Shown piece by piece: positions 43,018 to 52,393 of a stretch of 62,364 nt of DNA. The position numbers and the translations under genes were made by a program. Source of the DNA: a virus; the IMG/VR virus record IMGVR_UViG_3300028831_000121, positions 1 through 62,364 of that record. The stretch is one strand, 5' to 3'. Every line of letters starts with the position of its first letter. Within the stretch, counting starts at the first letter, position 1. A model generated the notes under the pieces. It did not search any database and was not told where the DNA came from. It worked only from the letters and a program-made list of their open reading frames with translations.

Positions 43018-44040
43018 ATGTCAGAGGCAAAAGAAATCATAGCAAATCAAGCAGGGTACGGCGCGGATGATTCTGCCGCTTACCCTGAATCATGGCAGCC
43101 CGAATCCGAGCCGGAGATTGTCGCTGTAGCGCAAAAAGATACTGAGCGAGTTCGTGTAACGAACAAGTTTGGTTTGCCTCAGCCTTTAGTTGAAGCTGTC
43201 TCTAACAACAAGTACTCCCCTGGCAAGTCTGATTACACGACTACCCAACTTGCTGGCACCCCTGCACGTCAACTCATTCTCCGTAAACAACACTGGAACG
43301 AAATAAGTGAGGACGTGGCGGATCTGATTTATTCATTATCGGGCCAGTCAAAGCACGTTGTCTTAGAGCGAGCTGCGGAGTTCTGCAAGGAGTATCACTA
43401 CCTTGCTGAGAAACGGTTCTATATCACTCGCAAGGGCAAGACTATTGGCGGACAGATCGACTTGTACGACGAAAGCAAACTCATTCTTTACGACTGGAAA
43501 GAGACAGGCGTTTACGCCGCGTCACATGATCTGAAACCCGATTGGATCGCTCAAGGAAATATCAACCGGATCATGCTGATTGAGAATGGCTATCCGGTCG
43601 AGAAGATTATCAACATCGTTCTTTATCGTGACTGGAAGAAATCAGAAGTCGGCAGGAAAGAGGGCTATCCCGAACACCAAGTACAGCCATTTGAAATTCC
43701 TATCTGGTCAACAAAAGAGACAGAGGAATTCATATCTAAACGCATTGCTGAATTTGAGCGAGCAAAAAAGAAGATTCCACTTTGCTCAGATGAGGAGCGG
43801 TGGAAAACGCCTGACCTGTACGCGCTGATTAAGAAGGGCAACAAGAAAGCTACAAAGCTATTTGATTCACAGCAAGCGGCGGAGTCTGAAATATCGGTGT
43901 TCAAGATGATGAGCTACGAGGTTCAGTTCAGACCAGGAATCAATAAACGCTGCGAGTCGTACTGTAATTGCCTGCCCTTTTGCGATCAGGCTAAGAGACT
44001 AGGTGTTGGTCAAGACAAGAACAAATCGGAAGCTGCGTAA
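43018..44040 (+). CDS. PD-(D/E)XK nuclease (Cas4/RecB-like exonuclease)
   Basis: GGQIDLYDESKLILYDWKETG gives the D...D-x-K core. A C-terminal Cys cluster (CSDE...CESYCNCLPFC) suggests an Fe-S site. Confidence 0.6.
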   Translation: MSEAKEIIANQAGYGADDSAAYPESWQPESEPEIVAVAQKDTERVRVTNKFGLPQPLVEAVSNNKYSPGKSDYTTTQLAGTPARQLILRKQHWNEISEDVADLIYSLSGQSKHVVLERAAEFCKEYHYLAEKRFYITRKGKTIGGQIDLYDESKLILYDWKETGVYAASHDLKPDWIAQGNINRIMLIENGYPVEKIINIVLYRDWKKSEVGRKEGYPEHQVQPFEIPIWSTKETEEFISKRIAEFERAKKKIPLCSDEERWKTPDLYALIKKGNKKATKLFDSQQAAESEISVFKMMSYEVQFRPGINKRCESYCNCLPFCDQAKRLGVGQDKNKSEAA

Positions 44041-44702
44041 TGCCAGCAGTCAAAATCAAAACACGAACGTGCAGAGGCTGCGGCAAGGTTGAGACGGGTA
44101 TCAGCCGCAACCTTGTTAATCAATTCTGTAACAAAGAGTGTTGGCGCGTGAACATGGCGGGCAAGTATCTACGGCGCGGTAAAGAGTATGAGTGCGGGCA
44201 ATGCGGGAAAGTCTTTTACCGCAGGCCGGGGATGATACGAGGCCCACAATCGTTCTGCTCGATGTCTTGTCGAATTACATTCAAAGATAGCGGCGTCTTA
44301 GTGCATTGCCCGACGTGCAATGTTGAGTTCAGGCAAAACTTTACACGAACCACCTACTGCTCTGTTCGCTGCTCTAAGATCGGGCCGCTAAACCCGCACT
44401 GGAACGAAAACGCAACTGGCAGAGTGCGTGGGTGGTCGCGCATTTGGCGGCGGGACGTGTTCAGCCGCGATGACTATACGTGCCAATCCTGCGGGCAGCG
44501 TGGCGGCAGACTTCATCCGCACCATAAGGACGGTTTTCATTGGGCAGTTGGTCGTCGGGCAGATGTCAGTAACGGAGTAACGCTTTGTGTTCGCTGCCAT
44601 ACCGCTTTTCATCGCGCATACGGCAGACGCAACAACACTGAGGCTCAATTTAACGAGTGGATTAAAGCAAAGGAAGAAAAGGAAAAACCCCAAGCCGCAT
44701 GA
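44040..44702 (+). CDS. HNH endonuclease with N-terminal zinc ribbons
   Basis: The HNH core is CQSCGQRGGRLHPHHKDG...NGVTLCVRCHTAFH. Confidence 0.75.
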   Translation: MPAVKIKTRTCRGCGKVETGISRNLVNQFCNKECWRVNMAGKYLRRGKEYECGQCGKVFYRRPGMIRGPQSFCSMSCRITFKDSGVLVHCPTCNVEFRQNFTRTTYCSVRCSKIGPLNPHWNENATGRVRGWSRIWRRDVFSRDDYTCQSCGQRGGRLHPHHKDGFHWAVGRRADVSNGVTLCVRCHTAFHRAYGRRNNTEAQFNEWIKAKEEKEKPQAA

Positions 44703-44725
44703 GGCTTATCACAAAGGAGATTGTT

Positions 44726-45373
44726 ATGGAGTTGAAAGAAGTTCTAAAGCAAGTCGAAGGATTCACGCCGCCTGACGTGACGGTGAAGATTGAAAAGGTG
44801 TGGGATTACAAGTCAGGCACTTCAGACAAAGGTGAATGGTCGTTCCAGGATATTCAGGTAGTCGGAACGGCGGGACGATTAAAACTCAAGGGCTTGCCTG
44901 AGTTTCCGAAAGACCGTGAAGGAATGACTGTAACAATTAGGGCGCATTCATCGGCCCAGCATGGTCTAACAGGACTGAAGGTGGCTCACGAAGAATACCA
45001 GGGCAAGACCTACGACAAGTTGATTATCACGAAGTCGGCAAAGTGGGAGTTTGCAAATCCGAACGCTCCGGTAGCACCAACACCGGCGAACGGAAACGGT
45101 CACAAAGAACTGACTTATGACAACTCGCCTAACAATGCTGTCGAGCCTTACATGGCGCACCTGTTTGGTTGTGCATCGCTGGCGGGACAAGTCGCAGGAC
45201 TAATGAAGGTGTCCGACGATCAAGCCTTGCAGGCGTGTTTTGCGACCATCTGCATTGACACCAAGAATCGCGGGATTCTTTTACCGTCACCTAATGGCGA
45301 ATCTAAGCCACCCGAGCCGGAAGAAGAAGGCGCTCCCGCTCCCTGGGATGATGATCCTACGGACGGTTTCTAG
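44726..45373 (+). CDS. Putative single-stranded DNA-binding protein (divergent)
   Basis: 215 aa from the ATG after AAAGGAG. Beta-rich N-terminal domain, Pro/Glu linker and acidic tip PWDDDPTDGF, reminiscent of the SSB DDDIPF tail. Confidence 0.4.
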   Translation: MELKEVLKQVEGFTPPDVTVKIEKVWDYKSGTSDKGEWSFQDIQVVGTAGRLKLKGLPEFPKDREGMTVTIRAHSSAQHGLTGLKVAHEEYQGKTYDKLIITKSAKWEFANPNAPVAPTPANGNGHKELTYDNSPNNAVEPYMAHLFGCASLAGQVAGLMKVSDDQALQACFATICIDTKNRGILLPSPNGESKPPEPEEEGAPAPWDDDPTDGF

Positions 45374-45645
45374 TTTGTGATCGCTGGGGGCGACCGTGAT
45401 GGCGATCACGATGCGGCGGGCATCTTGTAGATGCGGATGCTCGCCTCAAAAATAAAAGTGAAAGTTGAGGTACGTTAATGACAGTTAGAACATTCCGCGA
45501 TGCGGGCGTAGGCAAGCAACCGACGTATATAGCATAGTGGAGACAGAGCCTTGAACTTTCGGGGCGCTGGCAGCTACTTCGTACCACTATGCGGAGTCAC
45601 TTGCTAACGCTCTAGCGTCTCGAAAGTTGAGGGCTTTTCGTTTAC

Positions 45646-46584
45646 ATGCGGCAACAGATAACCGACGAAGGCGATGCCAAAAACTACTTCACCCAAGTGC
45701 CCAATATCGTCTTTGACATTGGCCTTAGCTACCAGGAGTTAGCGTTGTATCTGCATTTGAAACGAACGGCAGGGGCCAGCGGCAGGTGTTTTAAGTCTAC
45801 CCGCACGCTCGCCAGAGAATGCGGGATGAGTCCAACCATCGTGGTTAGAGCAAAAGGAAATCTTCAAACCCGGCGGAAGGAATTGGGAGGCAAGGCGCTT
45901 ATCGTAGTCACGGAAAAACCGAACCCAAAAGGCGGGCTACCCTACCACGAAATTAGGATAACGGACATCTGGAAAGCCAACACAGATCGCTTCTCAACTT
46001 CCACCGGAGAAACGGAGCAAGTGCCATATATAGCACTCGATAATCAAGTACCAGATATGGAACTTGCAAGAGAAAACCAAGTACCACAAGACGCTGAAGC
46101 AAGTACCATTGAACACGTTAAACAAGTTCCAGATATGGAACATAAGAAGATAGTAAGAAAAGAAGATAGTAAGAAGATAGGCGCTGGCGCGAAAACAAAC
46201 CACGGCGTTGCTTTGTTCCGCGATATTACCGGCCGCTACCCAGGCAGAGAGGTTGTCGGGATTGTTGTTACTCACCTAGGCGAATGTTGGGACGACACCG
46301 TGGCCCGTGAGTGCTGGCGAGAGTGGGTTGAGAGGGGCTACAACCCGCGCTCAATTAAGTGGCTGACGGAGTGGTATGCACACGGAGGCCCAACTGGCCG
46401 CAACGGAACTTCCACAAACGGACATAAGCCGAAAGTTGAACTCGATCCTTTTGGCGAGCCGTGGATACCAAAACCCTTCACAGCGGAGGACGCGATACTT
46501 CGCTCCCCTGGCAAGAATCCCGATGACGTGCGAGCAAACTTTGAAGGGCGACTTGAGTGGAAGGATGTACGCGATGTCGCTTGA
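45646..46584 (+). CDS. Replication initiator / replisome organiser (HTH N-terminus, internal iterons)
   Basis: YFTQVPNIVFD...LALYLHLKRTAG...STRTLARECGMS is a wHTH typical of phage O/DnaD-like initiators. Iterons lie at 46018-46131. Confidence 0.6.
   Translation: MRQQITDEGDAKNYFTQVPNIVFDIGLSYQELALYLHLKRTAGASGRCFKSTRTLARECGMSPTIVVRAKGNLQTRRKELGGKALIVVTEKPNPKGGLPYHEIRITDIWKANTDRFSTSTGETEQVPYIALDNQVPDMELARENQVPQDAEASTIEHVKQVPDMEHKKIVRKEDSKKIGAGAKTNHGVALFRDITGRYPGREVVGIVVTHLGECWDDTVARECWREWVERGYNPRSIKWLTEWYAHGGPTGRNGTSTNGHKPKVELDPFGEPWIPKPFTAEDAILRSPGKNPDDVRANFEGRLEWKDVRDVA
46018..46180 (+). repeat. Origin candidate: five CAAGTNCCA iterons plus a polypurine direct repeat
   Basis: Iterons lie at 46018, 46045, 46078, 46100 and 46123 (spacings 27/33/22/23). 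They are followed by AAGAAGATAGTAAGAA x2 (46143-46180). Confidence 0.6.
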
Positions 46585-48340
46585 GCCTGAACAAGAATCT
46601 TTGCGACAGAGCAAACGTGAGCTTATCGCCGCATTGGGTGTGACTGTTCGCGGTAACGCTTGCAAGTGCCCGTTTCACGACGATGTACACGCATCCGCAA
46701 CTGTTCACTACGACCAGGATGGAGCATGGCGCTTTCATTGTTTTGTATGCCATTGGAAGGGTGACGTGTTTGATGTAAGAGCAAGGATGGAAGGCCGAAC
46801 GGTGGGAGATATATTGAAAGAAACGAGGCCGCAGATAGAAAAATCTCCCACGGTCTTTCCGACCCTCCGTGCTTTGGTGGAAACCTATTCAAACATCGAA
46901 GCTGTCTATCGGTACACCAATCCTGAAACTAATTCTCCTGAGCTTGTTGTTATTCGCTACAACCCGAATGGGCGAAAACAATTCGCCCAATGCTCTCCCG
47001 TTGCGAATGGATGGATCAAGGCGCGCCCGCAAACCAAACTTCCAATTTACAACCGCAAGCGCGTAATCGCCGCTGACGTTGTGATCGTCGTTGAAGGTGA
47101 AAAGGCAGTTCACGCATTACACGACATTGGATTAGTCGCAACAACTTCGCCTATGGGGTCAGGTAAAGCAAAAGAAGCGGACTGGACGCCTCTTTCTGGA
47201 AAGTCAGTGTATCTCTGGCCCGACAACGATATGCCTGATACCAAGACCGGCAAGGTTGCTGGGGTAGCGCACATGCAGGACGTTCAGCAGATTCTTGAAA
47301 AGCTGGACGCGCAACTGTTCTGGATTGATCCGGCAAGTTTAGACCTTCCGCCCAAAGGTGATGCGGTGGATTTCATCGAGCGCAATGAGGGCACACCGCA
47401 AGACAAGAAGATCGCAGTTGAGTTGGTAATGCAGGAAGCGCAACCGCTCGGGGCCGCGAAGGAACTTGAGACGCGGCTAGCTTCGATCATGTCGGGCGAC
47501 TGGATCAATCTCGAATGGCCGTGGCCCGTGCTCACCTCTGAAGCACAGGCACTCTTACCTGACACCGTTACAGCATTCTGCGGCGATCCAGGAGCAGGAA
47601 AGAGTTTTGCGCTACTTCAGGCGTGGTGGCAGTGGAACCTTGGCGGAACGAAGGCCGCGATATTTGAATTGGAAGATGATCGCGTAACGCACATGCAGCG
47701 GGTATTGGCCCAACTGGAACAGAACGCTTTCATCACTGATACGGAATGGGTACATCGCAACCCCGAAAGAGTTGCGGAATCCTACTCGAACCAGAAAGAC
47801 ATTATCGAGTCGTTAGGAAAGAAGATGTGGGACGCGCCTGACAAGCAAGTAACGACTTCCGATCTAGCTGACTGGTTTGAGGCGCGATGCCAAGAAGGTT
47901 TCAAGATTTCCATTATCGATCCTGTTACAGCCGCTAGTGCCTCCGAAAAGCCGTGGATAGATGATCAGAGTTTCATATTCAGGGTAAAGACCACGGCGAA
48001 GCAGTACCACTCCCGATTGATTTATTCCATTCATCCGCGAATCTCAAACGGAAAAGTCGGCGCGAGTCTGAGCCGGTTGGCCGGCGGTGCTGCTTATCCG
48101 CGCTTCTCTCATTCGGTTTTCTGGCTGACTAAATATGAAAAAGGAAAGACTGAGCAAGTGTGGCGACCCGAGATTGGCAAGCGTCCAGTAAGTTTTGAGC
48201 GTGGGCTGAAAATCAGCAAGGCGCGCAACGGGCGCGGGGCCGGAACTGAACTGGCTTTCCATCTCAACGAAGGAAGTCTGTGCTTTGAGGAATACGGATC
48301 GATTGTTCCTGAAGCGGAAAGAATGAGAGTAAGCGAATGA
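46574..48340 (+). CDS. Bifunctional DNA primase-helicase
   Basis: CHC2 zinc finger (CPFHDDVH...FHCFVCHWKGD), Toprim (VVEGEKAVHAL ... LWPDNDMPD) and Walker A (GDPGAGKS). Confidence 0.8.
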   Translation: MSLEPEQESLRQSKRELIAALGVTVRGNACKCPFHDDVHASATVHYDQDGAWRFHCFVCHWKGDVFDVRARMEGRTVGDILKETRPQIEKSPTVFPTLRALVETYSNIEAVYRYTNPETNSPELVVIRYNPNGRKQFAQCSPVANGWIKARPQTKLPIYNRKRVIAADVVIVVEGEKAVHALHDIGLVATTSPMGSGKAKEADWTPLSGKSVYLWPDNDMPDTKTGKVAGVAHMQDVQQILEKLDAQLFWIDPASLDLPPKGDAVDFIERNEGTPQDKKIAVELVMQEAQPLGAAKELETRLASIMSGDWINLEWPWPVLTSEAQALLPDTVTAFCGDPGAGKSFALLQAWWQWNLGGTKAAIFELEDDRVTHMQRVLAQLEQNAFITDTEWVHRNPERVAESYSNQKDIIESLGKKMWDAPDKQVTTSDLADWFEARCQEGFKISIIDPVTAASASEKPWIDDQSFIFRVKTTAKQYHSRLIYSIHPRISNGKVGASLSRLAGGAAYPRFSHSVFWLTKYEKGKTEQVWRPEIGKRPVSFERGLKISKARNGRGAGTELAFHLNEGSLCFEEYGSIVPEAERMRVSE

Positions 48341-48618
48341 GCCAACGTCGGAATGACTTCTACAAAGCCCTGGGTCGCTGGTGGCAGATGGCCGCAATGG
48401 AAGGTTACGACTGGTCGCAACCTGATACCGCCGAAACTCTCAAGGCAGAAGAAAGTTTGTGGGAGAGCAAAGAACTTTATGAGAACGGCGAGATCAAGCT
48501 ATCCGAGATTCGCCCTGTATTCGAGACGTGGGTTAAGACTCACCGAAAGTTAGCCAAGGAAACGAGTCAGGTAGTAGACGCAATGAGAACGCATCGACGG
48601 CAGGAGGCGCGAGCGTGA
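48337..48618 (+). CDS. Hypothetical protein
   Basis: 93 aa, ATGA-coupled. Confidence 0.5.
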   Translation: MSQRRNDFYKALGRWWQMAAMEGYDWSQPDTAETLKAEESLWESKELYENGEIKLSEIRPVFETWVKTHRKLAKETSQVVDAMRTHRRQEARA

Positions 48619-49025
48619 AGCAATGCACAGGGCCATGTAGACAAGTCTTACCGCTATCTGAATTCAGCGGGTGTTCATGGTCGTTAGATGGACTTCAATA
48701 CGCTTGTAAGAAGTGTAAAGCGGCATACCAGAGACAATATCGAAAGGTTGATGCCACGATGAACGACGAAGTAGCAGGCGAACAAGAGACTTTATTTCCA
48801 ATACGCCAAGATCGGTTAGAGGCTACGTTGCGGAGCGGGACGCGGAAACTTAGTAGTGGCGGTAGCGAGGTCTTTTCCCATTCACCTGAATCTGAATGTT
48901 CTGAATTGTTTTCTTCTTCTAGTTTCTCTTGGGCTGGAGCTATATCAGAAAAGTTTTTGAGGTTGGGGAATAAGAATTCAAATAATGAAAACCAGACCGC
49001 CCACATTCCACGATTAGGGTTTTGA
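48615..49025 (+). CDS. Zinc-ribbon protein whose 3' end reads through a cassette copy
   Basis: Contains CTGPCRQVLPLSEF...CKKCK. The last ~45 codons are low-complexity and end in NENQTAHIPRLGF. Confidence 0.4.
   Translation: MKQCTGPCRQVLPLSEFSGCSWSLDGLQYACKKCKAAYQRQYRKVDATMNDEVAGEQETLFPIRQDRLEATLRSGTRKLSSGGSEVFSHSPESECSELFSSSSFSWAGAISEKFLRLGNKNSNNENQTAHIPRLGF
48984..49004 (+). repeat. ATGAAAACC cassette copy
   Basis: Reads GAATAAGAATTCAAATAATGAAAACCAGACCGCCCACATTCC. The mini-ORF MKTRPPTFHD runs 48985-49017. Confidence 0.75.
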
Positions 49026-50419
49026 AAGACAAAACGTTGAAGGCTTACCAAACATTTTTAGAAAAGAAGCGAGTAACGGTCGCGCCGAGTGGCTTTGATC
49101 CCGACGCGCTTAACCCGAAGTTGTTTGAGTTTCAGCGGGACATTGATCGTTGGGCTTTGAGCCGTGGTAAAGCCGCGCTGTTTGAAGATTGTGGGCTTGG
49201 CAAGACACCACAACAACTAGAGTGGGCCAATCAGGTTGCCCGCGAATCAAGGCGGCCTGTACTCATTCTCGCGCCGTTAGCGGTATCAAAACAGACGGAG
49301 CGCGAGGGCGCGAAGTTTGATATTCCGGTCAAAGTTGTGGCGTCGGATATTGAAGTTAAGAAAGGCCCGAATGTTTACGTCACCAACTACGAAAAACTCC
49401 AACACTTCGACGCGGCGAGATTCGGTGGTGTAGTCCTAGATGAAAGTTCCATCCTGAAATCTTTCACGGGCGCAACCCGAAACCTACTGATCGAGAAGTT
49501 CAAAACGACACCAATGAAGTTGTGTTGCACGGCAACCCCGGCCCCGAACGACTTCATGGAATTAGGAAATCATTCTGAGTTCTTAGGGGTACTTACCCGC
49601 ACGGAAATGCTATCGACGTTCTTTGTCCACGATGGCGGCGATACCGCGAAGTGGAGATTGAAGGGCCACGCAGAGGAAGAATACTGGAAATGGATTTGTC
49701 AGTGGGCCGTGATGATTCGCAAGCCTTCCGATCTTGGCTACGCCGATTCAGGGTTTGAACTGCCACCGCTGAAACTTCATCACCACGTAGTCGAGGGTAA
49801 ACCGTCTGAGGGTTTTCTGTTTCAAGTTGAAGCGCAGACATTGATGGAACGGCGACAGGCAAGGCGAGCGAGCCTAGAAGAAAGAGCAAACATGCTCGCG
49901 GAGATCGTCGCCAATAAACCGGATGAGCCGTGGTTGATTTGGTGCGACTTAAACGACGAGGGCGATCTAGCAGAAAAGCTAATTCCTAATTCCGTGCAAG
50001 TCGCTGGTCGGCATACGGACCAACAAAAAGAAGATCGCATGATGGGATTCAGTGACGGTAAGCATCAAGTTCTAATTTCAAAGCCAAGCATCGCGGGCTA
50101 CGGAATGAACTGGCAGCACTGCCCGAACGTCGCGTTTCTTGGTTTGTCCGATAGTTGGGAGATGTACTACCAGGCGATTCGCAGAGTTTGGCGGTTCGGA
50201 CAAACCCGCGAAGTGCATTGTCACATCATCACGTCCGAGTCAGAAGGCGCGGTAGTTAAGAACATCGAACGGAAAGAAAAAGACGCAACTCGCATGGCAA
50301 TCGAGATGGCGAAACACATGAGCGTTTACAGCACGGACGTTATTCATAGAACGGTACGCACCGGCGACTATTACGAGGCAAGCAAACCGATGGCTTTGCC
50401 GGAATGGATAAGAGCATGA
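49022..50419 (+). CDS. SNF2-family helicase
   Basis: Motif I DCGLGKT, motif II VVLDESS, motif VI AIRRVWRFGQ. TTG start overlaps the preceding stop. Confidence 0.75.
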   Translation: MKDKTLKAYQTFLEKKRVTVAPSGFDPDALNPKLFEFQRDIDRWALSRGKAALFEDCGLGKTPQQLEWANQVARESRRPVLILAPLAVSKQTEREGAKFDIPVKVVASDIEVKKGPNVYVTNYEKLQHFDAARFGGVVLDESSILKSFTGATRNLLIEKFKTTPMKLCCTATPAPNDFMELGNHSEFLGVLTRTEMLSTFFVHDGGDTAKWRLKGHAEEEYWKWICQWAVMIRKPSDLGYADSGFELPPLKLHHHVVEGKPSEGFLFQVEAQTLMERRQARRASLEERANMLAEIVANKPDEPWLIWCDLNDEGDLAEKLIPNSVQVAGRHTDQQKEDRMMGFSDGKHQVLISKPSIAGYGMNWQHCPNVAFLGLSDSWEMYYQAIRRVWRFGQTREVHCHIITSESEGAVVKNIERKEKDATRMAIEMAKHMSVYSTDVIHRTVRTGDYYEASKPMALPEWIRA

Positions 50420-51363
50420 ATGTAACCGATCAAAGATTTGGCGACGGGTGGGTGCTGTACAACGGCGATGCGTGCGAAGTAGTTCAGGGCATCCCTTCCG
50501 ATACGATTCATTACTCTATTTTCTCGCCGCCGTTCGCTTCGCTCTATACCTACTCCGCAAGTGAACGCGATCTTGGGAATTGCCGCACTCACTCTGAGTT
50601 CTATGAGCATTTCAAATTCCTAATTGCCGAACTGTACCGCGTGACGATGCCGGGGCGGTTGCTCTCGTTCCATTGCATGAATCTACCTTCATCGAAAGAA
50701 CGCGACGGAGTGATCGGCATCCTTGATTTTCGCGGCGATCTAATCCGCATGTTCAAGCGCTGTCAGTCTGCGACGTGTGACGCACCAGAAGCGGATCGTG
50801 ATCTAGGGATATGCGGGCATGGCTTTATATATCACTCCGAAGTAGTGATCTGGAAAGACCCCGTTACCGCAATGCAGAGAACAAAAGCTCTCGGGCTATT
50901 GCATAAGCAGTTAAAGAAAGACTCCTGTATGAGTCGGCAGGGCATTCCCGACTACCTAGTGACGATGCGGAAGCCGGGCGAAAACCCCGAGCGCGTAACA
51001 CACACCAATGAATCGTTTCCGGTTTCAGTGTGGCAGAGGTTCGCTTCGCCTGTTTGGTTTGACATTAACCCGTCACGAACTTTGCAAAAAGAATCAGCGC
51101 GAGAAGAAAAGGACGAACGCCATATTTGCCCCTTGCAGTTAGACGTGATCGAACGCGCGATTGAGTTGTGGACCAATCGCGGCGACACAGTTTTATCCCC
51201 GTTCGCGGGAATCGGTAGCGAGGGTTATGTAGCGGTTCAACGCGAGCGCAAGTTCATAGGAATCGAGTTGAAGGAAAGTTATTTCAAACAAGCATACGCG
51301 AATCTTAAACGAGCCGAGATGGAAGGATCGCGTGAGAGTCTATTCGCGCAGGCAACGGCATGA
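50404..51363 (+). CDS. N6/N4 DNA methyltransferase (beta class)
   Basis: N-terminal motif IV IFSPPFASLY and C-terminal motif I VLSPFAGIGSEG. Confidence 0.8.
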   Translation: MDKSMNVTDQRFGDGWVLYNGDACEVVQGIPSDTIHYSIFSPPFASLYTYSASERDLGNCRTHSEFYEHFKFLIAELYRVTMPGRLLSFHCMNLPSSKERDGVIGILDFRGDLIRMFKRCQSATCDAPEADRDLGICGHGFIYHSEVVIWKDPVTAMQRTKALGLLHKQLKKDSCMSRQGIPDYLVTMRKPGENPERVTHTNESFPVSVWQRFASPVWFDINPSRTLQKESAREEKDERHICPLQLDVIERAIELWTNRGDTVLSPFAGIGSEGYVAVQRERKFIGIELKESYFKQAYANLKRAEMEGSRESLFAQATA

Positions 51364-51587
51364 CGTTCAAGATCAAAACACAGCGTTACCCAACGCACAC
51401 AGGTGAGCGGCCCTTGAGTTTTGCGATCTACTACGGGCGAAAGTTTCTGGCGTATAGCTGGACACGCGACGGAGCAGAGAGAGGACTTGCGGAAATTAGA
51501 TCGAGCAGCATTCAACCCGAAGATGATTGCAAGACAACAACTGAGGAAAGCCATGATGTTTTGAGTTCGCAATCGGCATCTACTTGA
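51360..51587 (+). CDS. Hypothetical protein
   Basis: 75 aa, ATGA-coupled. Confidence 0.45.
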   Translation: MTFKIKTQRYPTHTGERPLSFAIYYGRKFLAYSWTRDGAERGLAEIRSSSIQPEDDCKTTTEESHDVLSSQSAST

Positions 51588-51606
51588 ATCTTGATATTTA
51601 TATTTT

Positions 51607-51951
51607 ATGTCCTTAGACACTTCTCAGTTAAGCATGGTATTCGAGACTAGAGGAGAAATAGTCCGTCAGGGAGTTGATCCATGTGAGAGGAAACACAAAG
51701 GAAACGCACAAAGTATCGAGGCTCACAAGCGAGTTCTACATTCCAAGCAAGAGACTTACAAACGGATCATGGCTTTAATTTCCAGTCGGGGAGAGTTTGG
51801 GGCAACAAGTAAAGAGATAGCTTATGCCTTTGGAGTTGAGTTGAACACTATCTCAGGAAGATTTTCAGAGTTGAAAGCTATGCGCTGGTTGAGAGAATCC
51901 GGCGAACGTCGAGAAGGGGCAGCTGTTTTGGTTTGTGAGGTAAAGCAATGA
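51607..51951 (+). CDS. Winged-helix DNA-binding protein
   Basis: GATSKEIAYAFGVELNTISGRFSELKAMRWL follows the wHTH pattern. Confidence 0.5.
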   Translation: MSLDTSQLSMVFETRGEIVRQGVDPCERKHKGNAQSIEAHKRVLHSKQETYKRIMALISSRGEFGATSKEIAYAFGVELNTISGRFSELKAMRWLRESGERREGAAVLVCEVKQ

Positions 51952-52199
51952 GCACTTACCCAGAAATGAACGAGAAGATCGTTGGACTCTTACAAGTTAT
52001 CGATTCACCTACCGCGAAGTACGCCGCTGAACGAATTGAGGAACTGGAAGCGAAGGTAGCCGCACAATCTGCTGTAGTAGAAGCAGCTCGAAAGGTAGCG
52101 CGGCTTCAAATGATTGAGATTCTGGCCGAGGAAGGTAGCGATGAGGAATTAGAACTTGTTAAGGCAGTTGATGAATACGAAAAGCAGGTTAGGCAGTGA
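51948..52199 (+). CDS. Hypothetical coiled-coil protein
   Basis: 83 aa, acidic, coupled. Confidence 0.5.
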   Translation: MSTYPEMNEKIVGLLQVIDSPTAKYAAERIEELEAKVAAQSAVVEAARKVARLQMIEILAEEGSDEELELVKAVDEYEKQVRQ

Positions 52200-52393
52200 G
52201 CGCGAAGTTAAAACTTCTTGGAAACGAAAACGCAGTAATAGGCGCGATGGCGGAAGTTTCGCTTGAAATAATGGCTGAACGGGATAAAACTGAGCGAGAG
52301 ATTAAGCGACTTGGTGAGTCAGGGTTCAAAGAGGAAGCCTGGAAGTTAGTTGTTAAGCATTTGAAGATTAAAGAACCACGCACCGCTAAATGA
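52196..52393 (+). CDS. Hypothetical protein
   Basis: 65 aa with a GTG start, coupled to the integrase gene. Confidence 0.4.
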   Translation: MSAKLKLLGNENAVIGAMAEVSLEIMAERDKTEREIKRLGESGFKEEAWKLVVKHLKIKEPRTAK

